Positions 38,430 through 47,982 of a stretch of DNA of 64,000 nucleotides are shown piece after piece (the first letter of the stretch is position 1; each line of letters opens with the position of its first letter). Source of the stretch: an uncultured Christensenella sp. Its GTDB lineage: Bacteria > Bacillota > Clostridia > Christensenellales > CAG-138. Position numbers and translations under genes: made by a program. The notes below the pieces were generated by a model. It saw nothing but the letters and a program-made list of their open reading frames with translations. It was not told where the DNA came from and made no database searches. The stretch is taken from positions 32,097-96,096 of the forward strand of contig CAYLIG010000003.1 in NCBI GenBank assembly GCA_964383635.1. Reading direction: 5' to 3'.

Positions 38430-39566
38430 TCAAAACCTTTGCTGAAAATTATGTTGGCGGTATTCCTCCAGAATTTGCTGCGCATTTGCCACATGCGACG
38501 AATTCACCCGCGTGATCGTTTGAATGTCCGCCACTGCCTGCCAAACCTGATCGGGAGTGGTTCTTTCTTTCAGGCGATAATCGGCTGTAAATTCGATCTC
38601 TGTATCGTATCTGCCGGCGGTCTTCACCCGATCCTGCAAGGCTGCTTCCCACACGGCGCGAGCGGAGCTGCCTGCCCGTATCTCCTCTTCACGCGTGCTT
38701 CTTCCATATTTTTCCATCATCAGGTAGTACCACGTCGCGACGATGTCCCGTAAATAGATCAAAGCGCTTCGCTCGGACATGTTTTCAAGGCTCACCGGGT
38801 CATCCACAACCGTATGAATCAGGTTGTCCGGCGCGCGCTTGATCGGATCCTTGATATAGTGCGCCATCGGGACGACCTTTGCCCCCGTTGCCCGGCTGAT
38901 ACGATATACGCCGGGCCAGAAATCCATCACAAGCCTTTCAGGTGTCTTATTCCAACCACCTTCCGGAAACACGATCAGATCCGTCCCGTTTTCCAGAACC
39001 GCAATGGCCTTTTTGACCGATTGCTTCCTGTTTGCAGGCACCTTGCGGTTCACCAGCACGAGACCGTTCAAATAGGCGGCGAGGCCTTCAATGGAGTTGT
39101 AAAACTGGGGCAGACTCCCGAACAGGACATATGCGTGCCGTCTTGCCGCCACGATGGACGCCGCGATATCGTCTTTAAACGCATGGTTGGCGATCCATAT
39201 GACCGGTTCTTTCGGTAATATGACGCCGGAATCCGGGGCAGGCGCGTCTTGATAAAGCGTATTAAACGTATTGCGGTTTTCGAATATTTGCCTGTGCTCC
39301 ATAAATAGCCCGGCAAGCGATTTGATCAGCGGACTCAATCGTCTTCTGAAATTGATCTCCTTCAGCAGCTGCGAGCCCTCTGCTTCGCCGCTTAATGCGC
39401 GGCCATATCTCTTGCCCAGCAGATAAAATACCCAGGACGGGTCGTTGCCTGCCGTTAAATCCTGAAGACCCGTTATGCTGTTCCCATGGGAAATCAGGAT
39501 ATCGTTCATTCGTCGTTGCTTCAGATTTTGAGTCCGTTCCGCCACGGCAATCCCCTTCGTCTCCAA
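38430..39566 (-). CDS. Lysophospholipid/glycerol acyltransferase (PlsC-like); start uncertain (39566 or 39509)
   Basis: NHAFKDD (NHxxxxD), VNRK, FPEGGWN, FWPG...VVPM. Confidence 0.8.
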   Translation of the reverse strand: METKGIAVAERTQNLKQRRMNDILISHGNSITGLQDLTAGNDPSWVFYLLGKRYGRALSGEAEGSQLLKEINFRRRLSPLIKSLAGLFMEHRQIFENRNTFNTLYQDAPAPDSGVILPKEPVIWIANHAFKDDIAASIVAARRHAYVLFGSLPQFYNSIEGLAAYLNGLVLVNRKVPANRKQSVKKAIAVLENGTDLIVFPEGGWNKTPERLVMDFWPGVYRISRATGAKVVPMAHYIKDPIKRAPDNLIHTVVDDPVSLENMSERSALIYLRDIVATWYYLMMEKYGRSTREEEIRAGSSARAVWEAALQDRVKTAGRYDTEIEFTADYRLKERTTPDQVWQAVADIQTITRVNSSHVANAQQILEEYRQHNFQQRF

Positions 39567-39646
39567 ACGATGAATTTTGGTTGCAGCCGAATCGCCGGTC
39601 TATCCGCGCGAAAAGCCGCTTTGAATTACACCTGGTTGATCCGTGT

Positions 39647-41422
39647 TCAATCCGGCAGCAAAACGCTCATCCCGGCTGCATCCACAAATCCCGTGCGCTC
39701 CGACTTCAGCGCCTCCGTGTCTCTTTTTCCGAAGCGCTTAATCGCGAACCCGTCCCTTGTCTTGTAAAAAACCGGCACGGCATCTTGCGGCAGGCTGCTT
39801 TGACACAGCTTGTCGATCCGTCGGATGACCGCTCTCGCGTCGTCCATATTTTCTTTTCGTAAAACAATATGCGCAACGGCTATCGTTCGGCCACCGGATT
39901 GCGTCTCCACCACCTCGCACATCTCAACCGCCCGATCCTGCAGGATCACGTTTTCAACATCGAACAAATAGATCCGTTTCCCGTTCGTTGTCAGAAACGA
40001 ATCGCTCGTTCTGCCCAGAATATAAACAAATCCGTCCTCATCCATATATCCTATGTCGCCGGTGCAGCCCCATAGATTGCCATCCATTCCTTCGCGGAAA
40101 AATTCACCGGTTGCAACGGGATTGTTGTAATATCCCAGCATTCTGCATGGTGTGAGAACGCGCAGCTCCCCATGCTGGCCGCAGGGCAGCTCCCGGTCGT
40201 CCTCCATGTCGAAAACGCCGATTGTCACCTGCGGAAGCGGCAGCCCCGCCGAGCCGATTCTGTTGCGCGCCCCGGCTTGTGACGGCGAAGCGGACGATGC
40301 GACGGCAGTCGCTCCCAGTTCGCACAAGCCCCACCCCTTCTGCAGGCTGTCTATGCACCCATGCGCTTCCAGAAAGCGGTTGATGGCTTGCTCCGCCGAT
40401 GGAAGAAGCGGTTCTCCGCCGGTCATCGGGCAGAGGAAATGCGAAAGTTTATGGTGCGGCCCGATATGATCCAGCAAATACAACCAAAAACTTGTCGTTG
40501 CAAATGCGTAACTGGGTTTATAGATTTTCACGTCCCGTACGAACGACTTGAAATCAAATATCGGCTCCATAATGCAGGTAACGCCAAGGCAAAGCGGCAT
40601 TAAAAGCGAAATAGATACCCCGCTGGAAAACCAAATCGGAATGATGTGCAGAAAACTGCGCTGCCGTTGCACTTCCGAAAACCCGTACTCATATTGTGCG
40701 ATGGTCGCGTTGATCCCGTCGTTGGTCAGCTGAATTCCTTTTGAGGCGCCTGTTGTTCCCGAGGAGTATACCATCACCACGGGGGTATTCGCGCGGTATG
40801 TTTCCGTCGGCGCGCCGGTATATTCCTTTCCCGCTTTGATCCACGCCCGCCAGGTTTTGCAGTTTTCTGCGCGCATCGCCTGCCCGAGCCGTTTGTCCGG
40901 TTTTCGAAACAGCTTTGCGCCCGCGCGTTTGGTATTGGGCAGCGACTCCAGCGCGGACAGAATTACGATTTCCTGAATGCAGGTGCCGTCAATCGCATCC
41001 GCGATATATTCATACATCACGTCCAGTACAAAAAGAGTTCTTGACCCGGTTTCGTTGATACGATCAATCATCTGGCTCGTCGTGAAGATTGGGTTAATGA
41101 AATTCGCAGTCGCTCCGATTTTACTGCAAGCAAGCACCAGATACGCAGCCTCCGGAACGCCGGACGTGCAGAGTGTAATGCGCTCTCCCGCTTGAACGCC
41201 TGCCTGCCTGAGCGCGCTAACGCATGTTTCCGTTTTCAGAAACATATCCCGATACGTGATTTTTCGCCCGAAATAGACCAGCGCGATATCGTCGGGCCGC
41301 TCTTTGTTGTGCTGCCGGATGTTTTCATAGACCGTGCATTCGGGAATGACGGCGTTGATCGCATCCTCGCTGTAATACTTCAACCAGGGCTTTTCTGTCG
41401 ACGGCAGTCCCACAGATGTCAT
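39647..41422 (-). CDS. Adenylate-forming enzyme (acyl-CoA synthetase family), copy 1
   Basis: YSSGTTGASKG, GWGLCE, TGDIG, GR. Confidence 0.9.
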   Translation of the reverse strand: MTSVGLPSTEKPWLKYYSEDAINAVIPECTVYENIRQHNKERPDDIALVYFGRKITYRDMFLKTETCVSALRQAGVQAGERITLCTSGVPEAAYLVLACSKIGATANFINPIFTTSQMIDRINETGSRTLFVLDVMYEYIADAIDGTCIQEIVILSALESLPNTKRAGAKLFRKPDKRLGQAMRAENCKTWRAWIKAGKEYTGAPTETYRANTPVVMVYSSGTTGASKGIQLTNDGINATIAQYEYGFSEVQRQRSFLHIIPIWFSSGVSISLLMPLCLGVTCIMEPIFDFKSFVRDVKIYKPSYAFATTSFWLYLLDHIGPHHKLSHFLCPMTGGEPLLPSAEQAINRFLEAHGCIDSLQKGWGLCELGATAVASSASPSQAGARNRIGSAGLPLPQVTIGVFDMEDDRELPCGQHGELRVLTPCRMLGYYNNPVATGEFFREGMDGNLWGCTGDIGYMDEDGFVYILGRTSDSFLTTNGKRIYLFDVENVILQDRAVEMCEVVETQSGGRTIAVAHIVLRKENMDDARAVIRRIDKLCQSSLPQDAVPVFYKTRDGFAIKRFGKRDTEALKSERTGFVDAAGMSVLLPD

Positions 41423-41437
41423 TGAACCCTTCCCGCG

Positions 41438-42823
41438 TTATGCCGCTTTATGCGGAATATCATTCTCGACCGCATAGTTCCAAACATAGCTTCCCTCCGT
41501 GCAGATGATGGTCAGAGCGTCACAGTATGCAAACGCAGAATTGCCGATGCTGGTCACGCTGTCAGGGATCGTGATGCTTTCCAATGCAGAACACATCATA
41601 AACGCTCCCTGGCCTATGCTTGTTACGCTGTTTGGAATAGTGATTGATTTTAAAGCAGATCCCTGAAACATCCCGTCGCTGATGCTTGTAACACCATCGA
41701 GTATCGTGATGCTCTCCAGCGCACTGCACAGTGAAAAAGCTCCATCGCCAATGCTCGTTACACTTCCCGGTATTGTAATAGTCTCCAAGGCAGAACAGTT
41801 GCAAAATGCTTCTCTTCCTATACTGGTTACACTGGCGGGAATTGAAACACTTTGAAGGTTACGGCATTGATAGAACGCTCCACCGAGTATGTTTGTAAAG
41901 CCCTCAGGGATCGTAACACTCTTTACGTAATTGTTGCTACTAAAATCGAATAAAATCTTGTCCGCAGGAACGGTAATCTCCGCTTCCTTGCCTATATATA
42001 CAAATTGTGCGCCTTTCCCGATTTCAATCCAGTCACCTTGCATCTGTGCTTCCAGCCAGGGCGTATAACCAAAAGCGCCACCGCCGATGCTCGTTACGCT
42101 GTCGGGTATCGAAACATCACTCAAAGCTCCGCAGCTGTTAAAAGCCAACGCACCTATTGTTTTTACGCCATCAGGAATGACAATACTTGCTAGCGAATTG
42201 CACATGAAAAATGCTCGATCGCCTACGCTCGTCACACTTGCAGGTATTTCGAAGCTCGAAAATGCACAGTTGAAAAAGGTTAAATCGCCGATGGTTGTTA
42301 CGCCTTCAGGAATCGAAATGTTTGTCAATCTTTGGCACAGGCTAAAAGCTCCATCTCCGATGACTGTTACTGTGCTCGGAATTGTAACGCTGATGAGGGA
42401 GCTGCACCAATAAAATGCATCATTGCCGATACATGTAACTCCCTCCGGTATCGTAACACTTGTCAAATAGGCAAGTTGGCTAAACGCCTCTGCCCCAATT
42501 TCCGTTATGGCTAAACCGTCCAGTTCCGCAGGAATGATTATGTCAAGCTTGCTTAAATCATTTCCGTAATAATAATGCGTGACGGTAGCCGTACCGTCTG
42601 AATATGCTGCATACTCGAAATTATCGATCACGTTTTTTTCCGAAACCAGCGTCCGCTCCGGAATTGGAGTCGTCGTCGGTTCCGGCGTAACCGCCTGCTC
42701 CTGCGTCGCGGTGATTGAAGCATTCGCGGCCGTGCTTTCCTGCGGCGATGTCGCAGAATTCGCGCAGGCAGCAAGGAAAAGCAGCAGAACGCAGCTAAGC
42801 GACAAGGATACTACACGTTTCAT
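41438..42823 (-). CDS. BspA-type leucine-rich-repeat (LRR_5) surface lipoprotein
   Basis: Lipobox LAAC; about 12 copies of L.S(I/V)TIP..VTSIG..AF..C. Confidence 0.93.
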   Translation of the reverse strand: MKRVVSLSLSCVLLLFLAACANSATSPQESTAANASITATQEQAVTPEPTTTPIPERTLVSEKNVIDNFEYAAYSDGTATVTHYYYGNDLSKLDIIIPAELDGLAITEIGAEAFSQLAYLTSVTIPEGVTCIGNDAFYWCSSLISVTIPSTVTVIGDGAFSLCQRLTNISIPEGVTTIGDLTFFNCAFSSFEIPASVTSVGDRAFFMCNSLASIVIPDGVKTIGALAFNSCGALSDVSIPDSVTSIGGGAFGYTPWLEAQMQGDWIEIGKGAQFVYIGKEAEITVPADKILFDFSSNNYVKSVTIPEGFTNILGGAFYQCRNLQSVSIPASVTSIGREAFCNCSALETITIPGSVTSIGDGAFSLCSALESITILDGVTSISDGMFQGSALKSITIPNSVTSIGQGAFMMCSALESITIPDSVTSIGNSAFAYCDALTIICTEGSYVWNYAVENDIPHKAA

Positions 42824-42840
42824 AATTCTTTCCTTTCATT

Positions 42841-42907
42841 TCAGGGATTCTCCGAACCCCCGCCTTGATCTTCATCAGGGGTTCTCCGAAACCCCGCCTT
42901 GATCTTC
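42841..42907. repeat. Tandem duplication (33 bp, period 34) of the ligase gene 3' end including its stop codon
   Basis: TCAGGGATTCTCCGAACCCCCGCCTTGATCTTC vs TCAGGGGTTCTCCGAAACCCCGCCTTGATCTTC. Confidence 0.9.
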
Positions 42908-44614
42908 CAGCGCGCGATAATCAATTTTTCCAACCGGCGTTAAGGGCAGTTGTTTGACCAAAATATACTCTTGCGGCAGCATGTATTCGGCAAGCGCTTT
43001 CCTGCAAAGCGAGGCGATTTCATCCAGTATCCGCTTGCTGTCGCGCTGCAGATCCTGTTTTAACACCAAAAACGCTTTGGGAATCATCCCCTGGCTGAAC
43101 CCCTCCGGTTTTGTGCCGATCACCGCGCAGGATTCAACAGCGTCGTGCCGGCAAACGATACTCTCTATCACGGAGGGATAGACCTTGAACCCGTCTGCGC
43201 GAATCATCATCCGCTTGATTCGATCCACAATGAATACCAGCCCGTCTTCCGTGAGATACCCGATGTCTCCGCTGTGTACCCAGATTCGTCCGTCTGCATG
43301 CCTTTTGAGAACTTTTTCTGTCTCTTCCGGATTATTGTAATACTCCAGCATCACCGATGGACTTGATACGCAGATTTCTCCAAATTCGTTATACTTCAGC
43401 TCCTCCTGCGTTCCCGGTTTAAACGCGGAGATCAGTGTGTGTACAAACGGAATTCCGACCGAACCGACTTGGTTGATATCGTCCCGGCAGGCACACGCCG
43501 CCGAATTCAGTTCGGTCATTCCATAGCCTTTCGTCACCTTGCGCGCGCAGTTGTGCTCCGCAAGAAACGCATTGATTCGTTCCTCCGTGTTCGTATTCAG
43601 CCCATCCCCGCCAACGCCGGCGCAGACAAGAAACGAAAGATCGAATCCCCTCAGCTTCCTGCTTTCCAGCAGACTGTCAAAATGCGTCGGCACGCCCCAG
43701 AAGTGATTCGGCTTGTACTTCTTAATGAGCACGTCAAATTTCTTCGGATCAAATTTGGGGACTAAGATTAACTGCGCGCCGCTGCACAGCGGCGTATGGA
43801 TACCGCAGGCCAGTCCATAAGCGATGAACGGCGGCATGATATTCAAAAACCGCTGGCGGCGTTCCGGCATAACGCTCGAATACCGAAGCTGTGATATCAA
43901 GTGATTGTAGCTCTCGTCCGAAAACAGCACGCCTTTGGGAGTGCCTGTCGTACCGCCTGTATGCAATATCGCCGCGGGCGCGTTCTTTCTGTCGCGAAGA
44001 ATAGCGGGCTGCGCGTTTTTGCCGTTTGAAATAAAGCGCGGCCAGCGAATCGTTTTTTCGCCGCGCGGTATCGCCCCCGTTTTCCCCGTCGACGCAAGTT
44101 GATAGCCAAGATTCAAAGCAGGCGGCATGGAGTCCCCGGCAGAAACAATCACCGTATGCTCCACGTCCGATTGTTTCAGAATCTCCGCAATTTTCGAAAA
44201 AACAACGTCCAGAACAACGAGTACTCTCGTGTGTGTTTCTGTTAGATACTGCTTGATTCCCTCAGGGCTTGTGCGCGGATCGATCAAGTTGGAAATGGCG
44301 CCGAGTTTATTCAGCGCGTAAAAAGCATATATCGTTTCCGGCGTCGTTACGCTGCAGAGGCTGACAACGTCGCCCGGCTCTACCCGAAGAAATGCAAATG
44401 CTTTTGCGGCTGCTTCTATTTGTCGAAATAGTTTGCCATAGGTGATTTTTTTATGAAAATAAATCAGTGCGGTGCCGTTTTGATGTTCCTCGTTGCACTG
44501 ATATAATCGCTCGTAGATCGTGCCGCCGTTTAGCTCGCTTGAGATTGCCTCCTGAGTGTAATACTTCAGCCATGGTTTATCCTCGGATGGGTATCCCGTC
44601 ATTTTTTCAGCCAT
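42875..44614 (-). CDS. Adenylate-forming enzyme (acyl-CoA synthetase family), copy 2
   Basis: HTGGTTGTPKG, GYGMTE, SGDIG, DRIKRM, GKIDYRAL. Confidence 0.92.
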   Translation of the reverse strand: MAEKMTGYPSEDKPWLKYYTQEAISSELNGGTIYERLYQCNEEHQNGTALIYFHKKITYGKLFRQIEAAAKAFAFLRVEPGDVVSLCSVTTPETIYAFYALNKLGAISNLIDPRTSPEGIKQYLTETHTRVLVVLDVVFSKIAEILKQSDVEHTVIVSAGDSMPPALNLGYQLASTGKTGAIPRGEKTIRWPRFISNGKNAQPAILRDRKNAPAAILHTGGTTGTPKGVLFSDESYNHLISQLRYSSVMPERRQRFLNIMPPFIAYGLACGIHTPLCSGAQLILVPKFDPKKFDVLIKKYKPNHFWGVPTHFDSLLESRKLRGFDLSFLVCAGVGGDGLNTNTEERINAFLAEHNCARKVTKGYGMTELNSAACACRDDINQVGSVGIPFVHTLISAFKPGTQEELKYNEFGEICVSSPSVMLEYYNNPEETEKVLKRHADGRIWVHSGDIGYLTEDGLVFIVDRIKRMMIRADGFKVYPSVIESIVCRHDAVESCAVIGTKPEGFSQGMIPKAFLVLKQDLQRDSKRILDEIASLCRKALAEYMLPQEYILVKQLPLTPVGKIDYRALEDQGGVSENP

Positions 44615-44801
44615 ATTTCGTTCCTTCATATTTGTTGACCATTATGGTTCCATCTATCAAACGCTATAATTATTTTATTCAACCACGCCGCCGCATGGTT
44701 TTTTTGACAGTGTGTAAATTTGGTCAAAAATCGCGCATTTTCTGCTCCAAAATATACGGGAACAATTGAACGGCGAACGGAGGGTATGTTAGAATACAAC
44801 C

Positions 44802-46109
44802 ATGGGTAATGATGTTGAATCGTTTCGTTGGCTGATCAGTATTATTGTTTTTGTACTGTTTGTTATATTTCTTCTTTCGGTGCTGAAACCAAGATGGAAT
44901 TTATTGGTTTCCGTTCTGTTGCTTTCAGGCGGGATTGTCGGCGTTGCGTTGATCGGGCTTCAAATCCCATATGAACTGTACGTCTATCGGATGCTTTTTA
45001 TATTCGCCGCGCTGACAGGTTACACGTTTGTGGTTTTCAAGGATAAGCCGGGTAAAATCGTTTTAGCCGCCGGCATGATGTACTTGGATAATATTATTTG
45101 TGAGATTATCCTGCTTGCCGCCTTTCCGGGCGTGGCTTCGTCCACAGACTGGATCAAAACGCTCTCTGGGCCGGAACGCATCCAGATGCTCTTTTTTTAC
45201 ACCACCATATTGGGTATCCTTCTTTTTTTAACTGCGCGTCTTTTTTCCAGAAAATCCAGTCGTCTTTCTACGAAGGAGTGGCTTCTGTTTGCCCTGTTTC
45301 CCCTCAGTCAGGCCATGCTGCTTTGCCTGTGGCTTTTGTCGGCGCAACGTGTGTCGCCGACAATGCTGGTGGTTTGGCAGATCGTTTCCGGCGTAATCTG
45401 TATCGCAGTAGACGTTTCCCTCTATTTGATCATGCGCGGGGTTTCTCAGCGTGCGGAGTTAAAGGCGCAAAACGAGATGCTGGAAAAGCAAATCGCCATG
45501 CAGAAGCTCCATTATGTCGAACTTTCGGAGCAGTACCAGCGCATGCAGATGCTGCGGCATGATATTGCCCACCATATGCACACCATTCAGGTCCTGCTGA
45601 AAACAGAAGAGTTGAACGAAGCGCGATCCTATTCTTCCGAAATCATAAAAGAACACACGTTTCATTCCACCTTGGGTCAATGCAAAAATCCCGTTGTGGA
45701 TGCCTTTATCGCCAGCCGAATCGAGGATGCGCAGGCGCAGAATATTCCCATGGAAGCGGATATCCGCCTTCCATATCAGTTAAGCGTCAGCGATCCCGGA
45801 CTCATCGCAGTGTTTGGCAATCTTCTGGACAACGCGATAGAAGCGTGCCTGTCGATGCCTGTCGACCGGCGTTTCATCCATTTAAAAGCCGCCGCACAGG
45901 ATGGTTTTCTGGCCATTCGAATGGAAAACAGCCTGCCGGAAGAAAACAATGCAAAAAAAGAGACCCGCATCGAAGGCCTCCAGCGCGGATTCGGCTTTCA
46001 TATCCTGAAAAACCTTGCCGCGCAATATCACGGCAGCTTTTTAAGCTATTCGGAAAGCGACCGGTTTGTATCCACCATAACGCTGAAACTGGATGGTGAA
46101 TCACAATAA
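44802..46109 (+). CDS. GHKL-domain membrane sensor histidine kinase (AgrC/VirS-like)
   Basis: Multi-TM N-terminus; LRHDIAHH (phospho-His); FGNLLDNAIEAC; GFGFHILK. Confidence 0.9.
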   Translation: MGNDVESFRWLISIIVFVLFVIFLLSVLKPRWNLLVSVLLLSGGIVGVALIGLQIPYELYVYRMLFIFAALTGYTFVVFKDKPGKIVLAAGMMYLDNIICEIILLAAFPGVASSTDWIKTLSGPERIQMLFFYTTILGILLFLTARLFSRKSSRLSTKEWLLFALFPLSQAMLLCLWLLSAQRVSPTMLVVWQIVSGVICIAVDVSLYLIMRGVSQRAELKAQNEMLEKQIAMQKLHYVELSEQYQRMQMLRHDIAHHMHTIQVLLKTEELNEARSYSSEIIKEHTFHSTLGQCKNPVVDAFIASRIEDAQAQNIPMEADIRLPYQLSVSDPGLIAVFGNLLDNAIEACLSMPVDRRFIHLKAAAQDGFLAIRMENSLPEENNAKKETRIEGLQRGFGFHILKNLAAQYHGSFLSYSESDRFVSTITLKLDGESQ

Positions 46110-46843
46110 TACACTTCGTGCTTTGCGACGATAACGCGCAACATCTTTCCAATACAACCATGGTATTGCAGCGGCAGGCGCGTCAGGCCGGGCAGCCCGT
46201 TACAATTGAAGCGTTTCAAAATGCCGACGGCCTGCTGCTCGCCGTTTTGAATCATGAAATCACCGCCGAAATCGCCATACTGGATATCCATATGCGCGAA
46301 ACCGACGGTATCTCGCTTGCAAAGCGCATCAATCAAGTGTTGCCCAACTGTCAGATCATCTTTTTAACAAGCTATATTTCCTATGCCATGGATGTATACG
46401 AAGCGGATCATGTATACCTTGTCCTGAAAGAACGGCAGGACGAGCGCTTGTGGCTCGCTGTTGAACATGCATACAGCAGGTATTGCAATTCGGTAAACGA
46501 TGCGATCCTTTTCAACACCGCTCTGGGTATGAAAGTGCTCCGACGATCTGAAATTCGTTTCTTTGAACACGTCGGCCGCAAGACCTGCGTATACTCTCTG
46601 ACGGAGAATATTTGGATCAAGGATTCCATAGACAGCATTGTAGCAAGCGGGCTGCCGAAGCAGTTTTATAAGTGTCATCAGGGATACATTGTCAATTTCG
46701 ACTTCGCAGCCGGCATCGATGACGATGGTTTCGTGCTAAAAGATGCGACGCATATCCCCGTCAGCCGCGCCCGGAAAAAAGAGGCGCAGCAAAAATTTTT
46801 CGATCATATGAACGCAATCATACTCCACAGGGATGCGGATTAG
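46106..46843 (+). CDS. LytTR-family response regulator (probable non-canonical ATA start)
   Basis: (M)IHFVLCDD, ILDIHM...DGI.LA, IIFLTS, LK; C-terminal FYKCHQGYIVN and IPVSRAR. Confidence 0.88.
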   Translation: MIHFVLCDDNAQHLSNTTMVLQRQARQAGQPVTIEAFQNADGLLLAVLNHEITAEIAILDIHMRETDGISLAKRINQVLPNCQIIFLTSYISYAMDVYEADHVYLVLKERQDERLWLAVEHAYSRYCNSVNDAILFNTALGMKVLRRSEIRFFEHVGRKTCVYSLTENIWIKDSIDSIVASGLPKQFYKCHQGYIVNFDFAAGIDDDGFVLKDATHIPVSRARKKEAQQKFFDHMNAIILHRDAD

Positions 46844-46845
46844 GC

Positions 46846-46865
46846 TCTTCGGCGAATGCCGAAGA
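46846..46865 (+). terminator. Short hairpin after the response regulator
   Basis: TCTTCGGC-gaat-GCCGAAGA; weak U-tract. Confidence 0.4.
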
Positions 46866-47019
46866 TAAAACAATGCGCCGGCGGAGGAACTGTCATGCGT
46901 TCTGTCCGCACAGCGCTTTTTTGATGCCTTGCACAGAATTCGCACGAAGCCCGGTCGCGCAAGAGCCCGATTCATGTTCGTGCGGATTGTCTCGCGCTTT
47001 ATAATCCGCTTCAAGCGCG

Positions 47020-47850
47020 CTACGATGAGACAATCTTCCGGTATTTTGCGGGAGACACGCCTGTTTTTTGAATAAATTGCTTTGTAAAGTGATTGCGATC
47101 CGCAAAATTCAGCCGTTCGGCGATTGCGTCGATCGGCAGGTTGCTGTCCTTCAGCATCGCGGTGGCAAGTTCGATTTTTTTCATCAGATAGTAAGCATAC
47201 GGCGTACAGCCGTGTTTTTTTTGAAAGATCGACGCAAGCTGGCGGTCGGATAGATGAAACGTGTCGCTCAAATTCCGAATGGAGAATTTTTCCTGAATGT
47301 GACTGCTGATATAGCTTTCAATCTGATCCTCCATCGGCGAAAGATTCGTTGCTGTATGCGATTCCGATTTTTGCTGCGCGCCTTTTAAGTCGATCAGAAT
47401 CTTGTGCAGCAGCAGCGCGACTTCGTCGTTCGCCCGTTCCTGTCCCTGCGCCTGAATCAAAGCGGCGATCTTATGAAACTCCGTCTCTATACTGTGCATT
47501 GCGACAATCGGAACAGACGTGTCAAAATAAAACCCGACCATGCTGTCCAGCAGGCGGCCCCTGCAATTGATCCAGAGCATGGAGTGCGGATTGATCTGGT
47601 TGGTCTCGATCTTGTTTTTTGTATTGGAAGGAAACAGATAGCAGTCGCCTTTCTTCAGTTTTACCAGCTGACGGTTATACTCGATATAGGCTTCTCCGCT
47701 GAGCATATACGCAAATGCGGTCGTTTTGCTGTTTTCCCGCGCAATCACGTAATTGGGATCCGGCAGCAGCAGCCCGCAGGAGCTGACGTAGATCAGCTCA
47801 TCCTTCATTTTGTTACAGTTATAGTAGATGGTTTCGTTAAATATCTTCAA
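47020..47850 (-). CDS. AraC-family transcriptional regulator
   Basis: N-terminal cupin-like sensor; C-terminal dual HTH with IAERLNFADRNHFTKQF....GVSP..YR. Confidence 0.92.
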   Translation of the reverse strand: MKIFNETIYYNCNKMKDELIYVSSCGLLLPDPNYVIARENSKTTAFAYMLSGEAYIEYNRQLVKLKKGDCYLFPSNTKNKIETNQINPHSMLWINCRGRLLDSMVGFYFDTSVPIVAMHSIETEFHKIAALIQAQGQERANDEVALLLHKILIDLKGAQQKSESHTATNLSPMEDQIESYISSHIQEKFSIRNLSDTFHLSDRQLASIFQKKHGCTPYAYYLMKKIELATAMLKDSNLPIDAIAERLNFADRNHFTKQFIQKTGVSPAKYRKIVSS

Positions 47851-47982
47851 GCCGGCACCTGCGTTTCGATGACAAGATTTCGGTTTTATACATAATTCTA
47901 TGTGTTTTATATGTATGATGTCTAATTATAAGCGGATAAACTAGTGTTGTAAATCAATATTACATCCTTTGCGGAGGAAACT

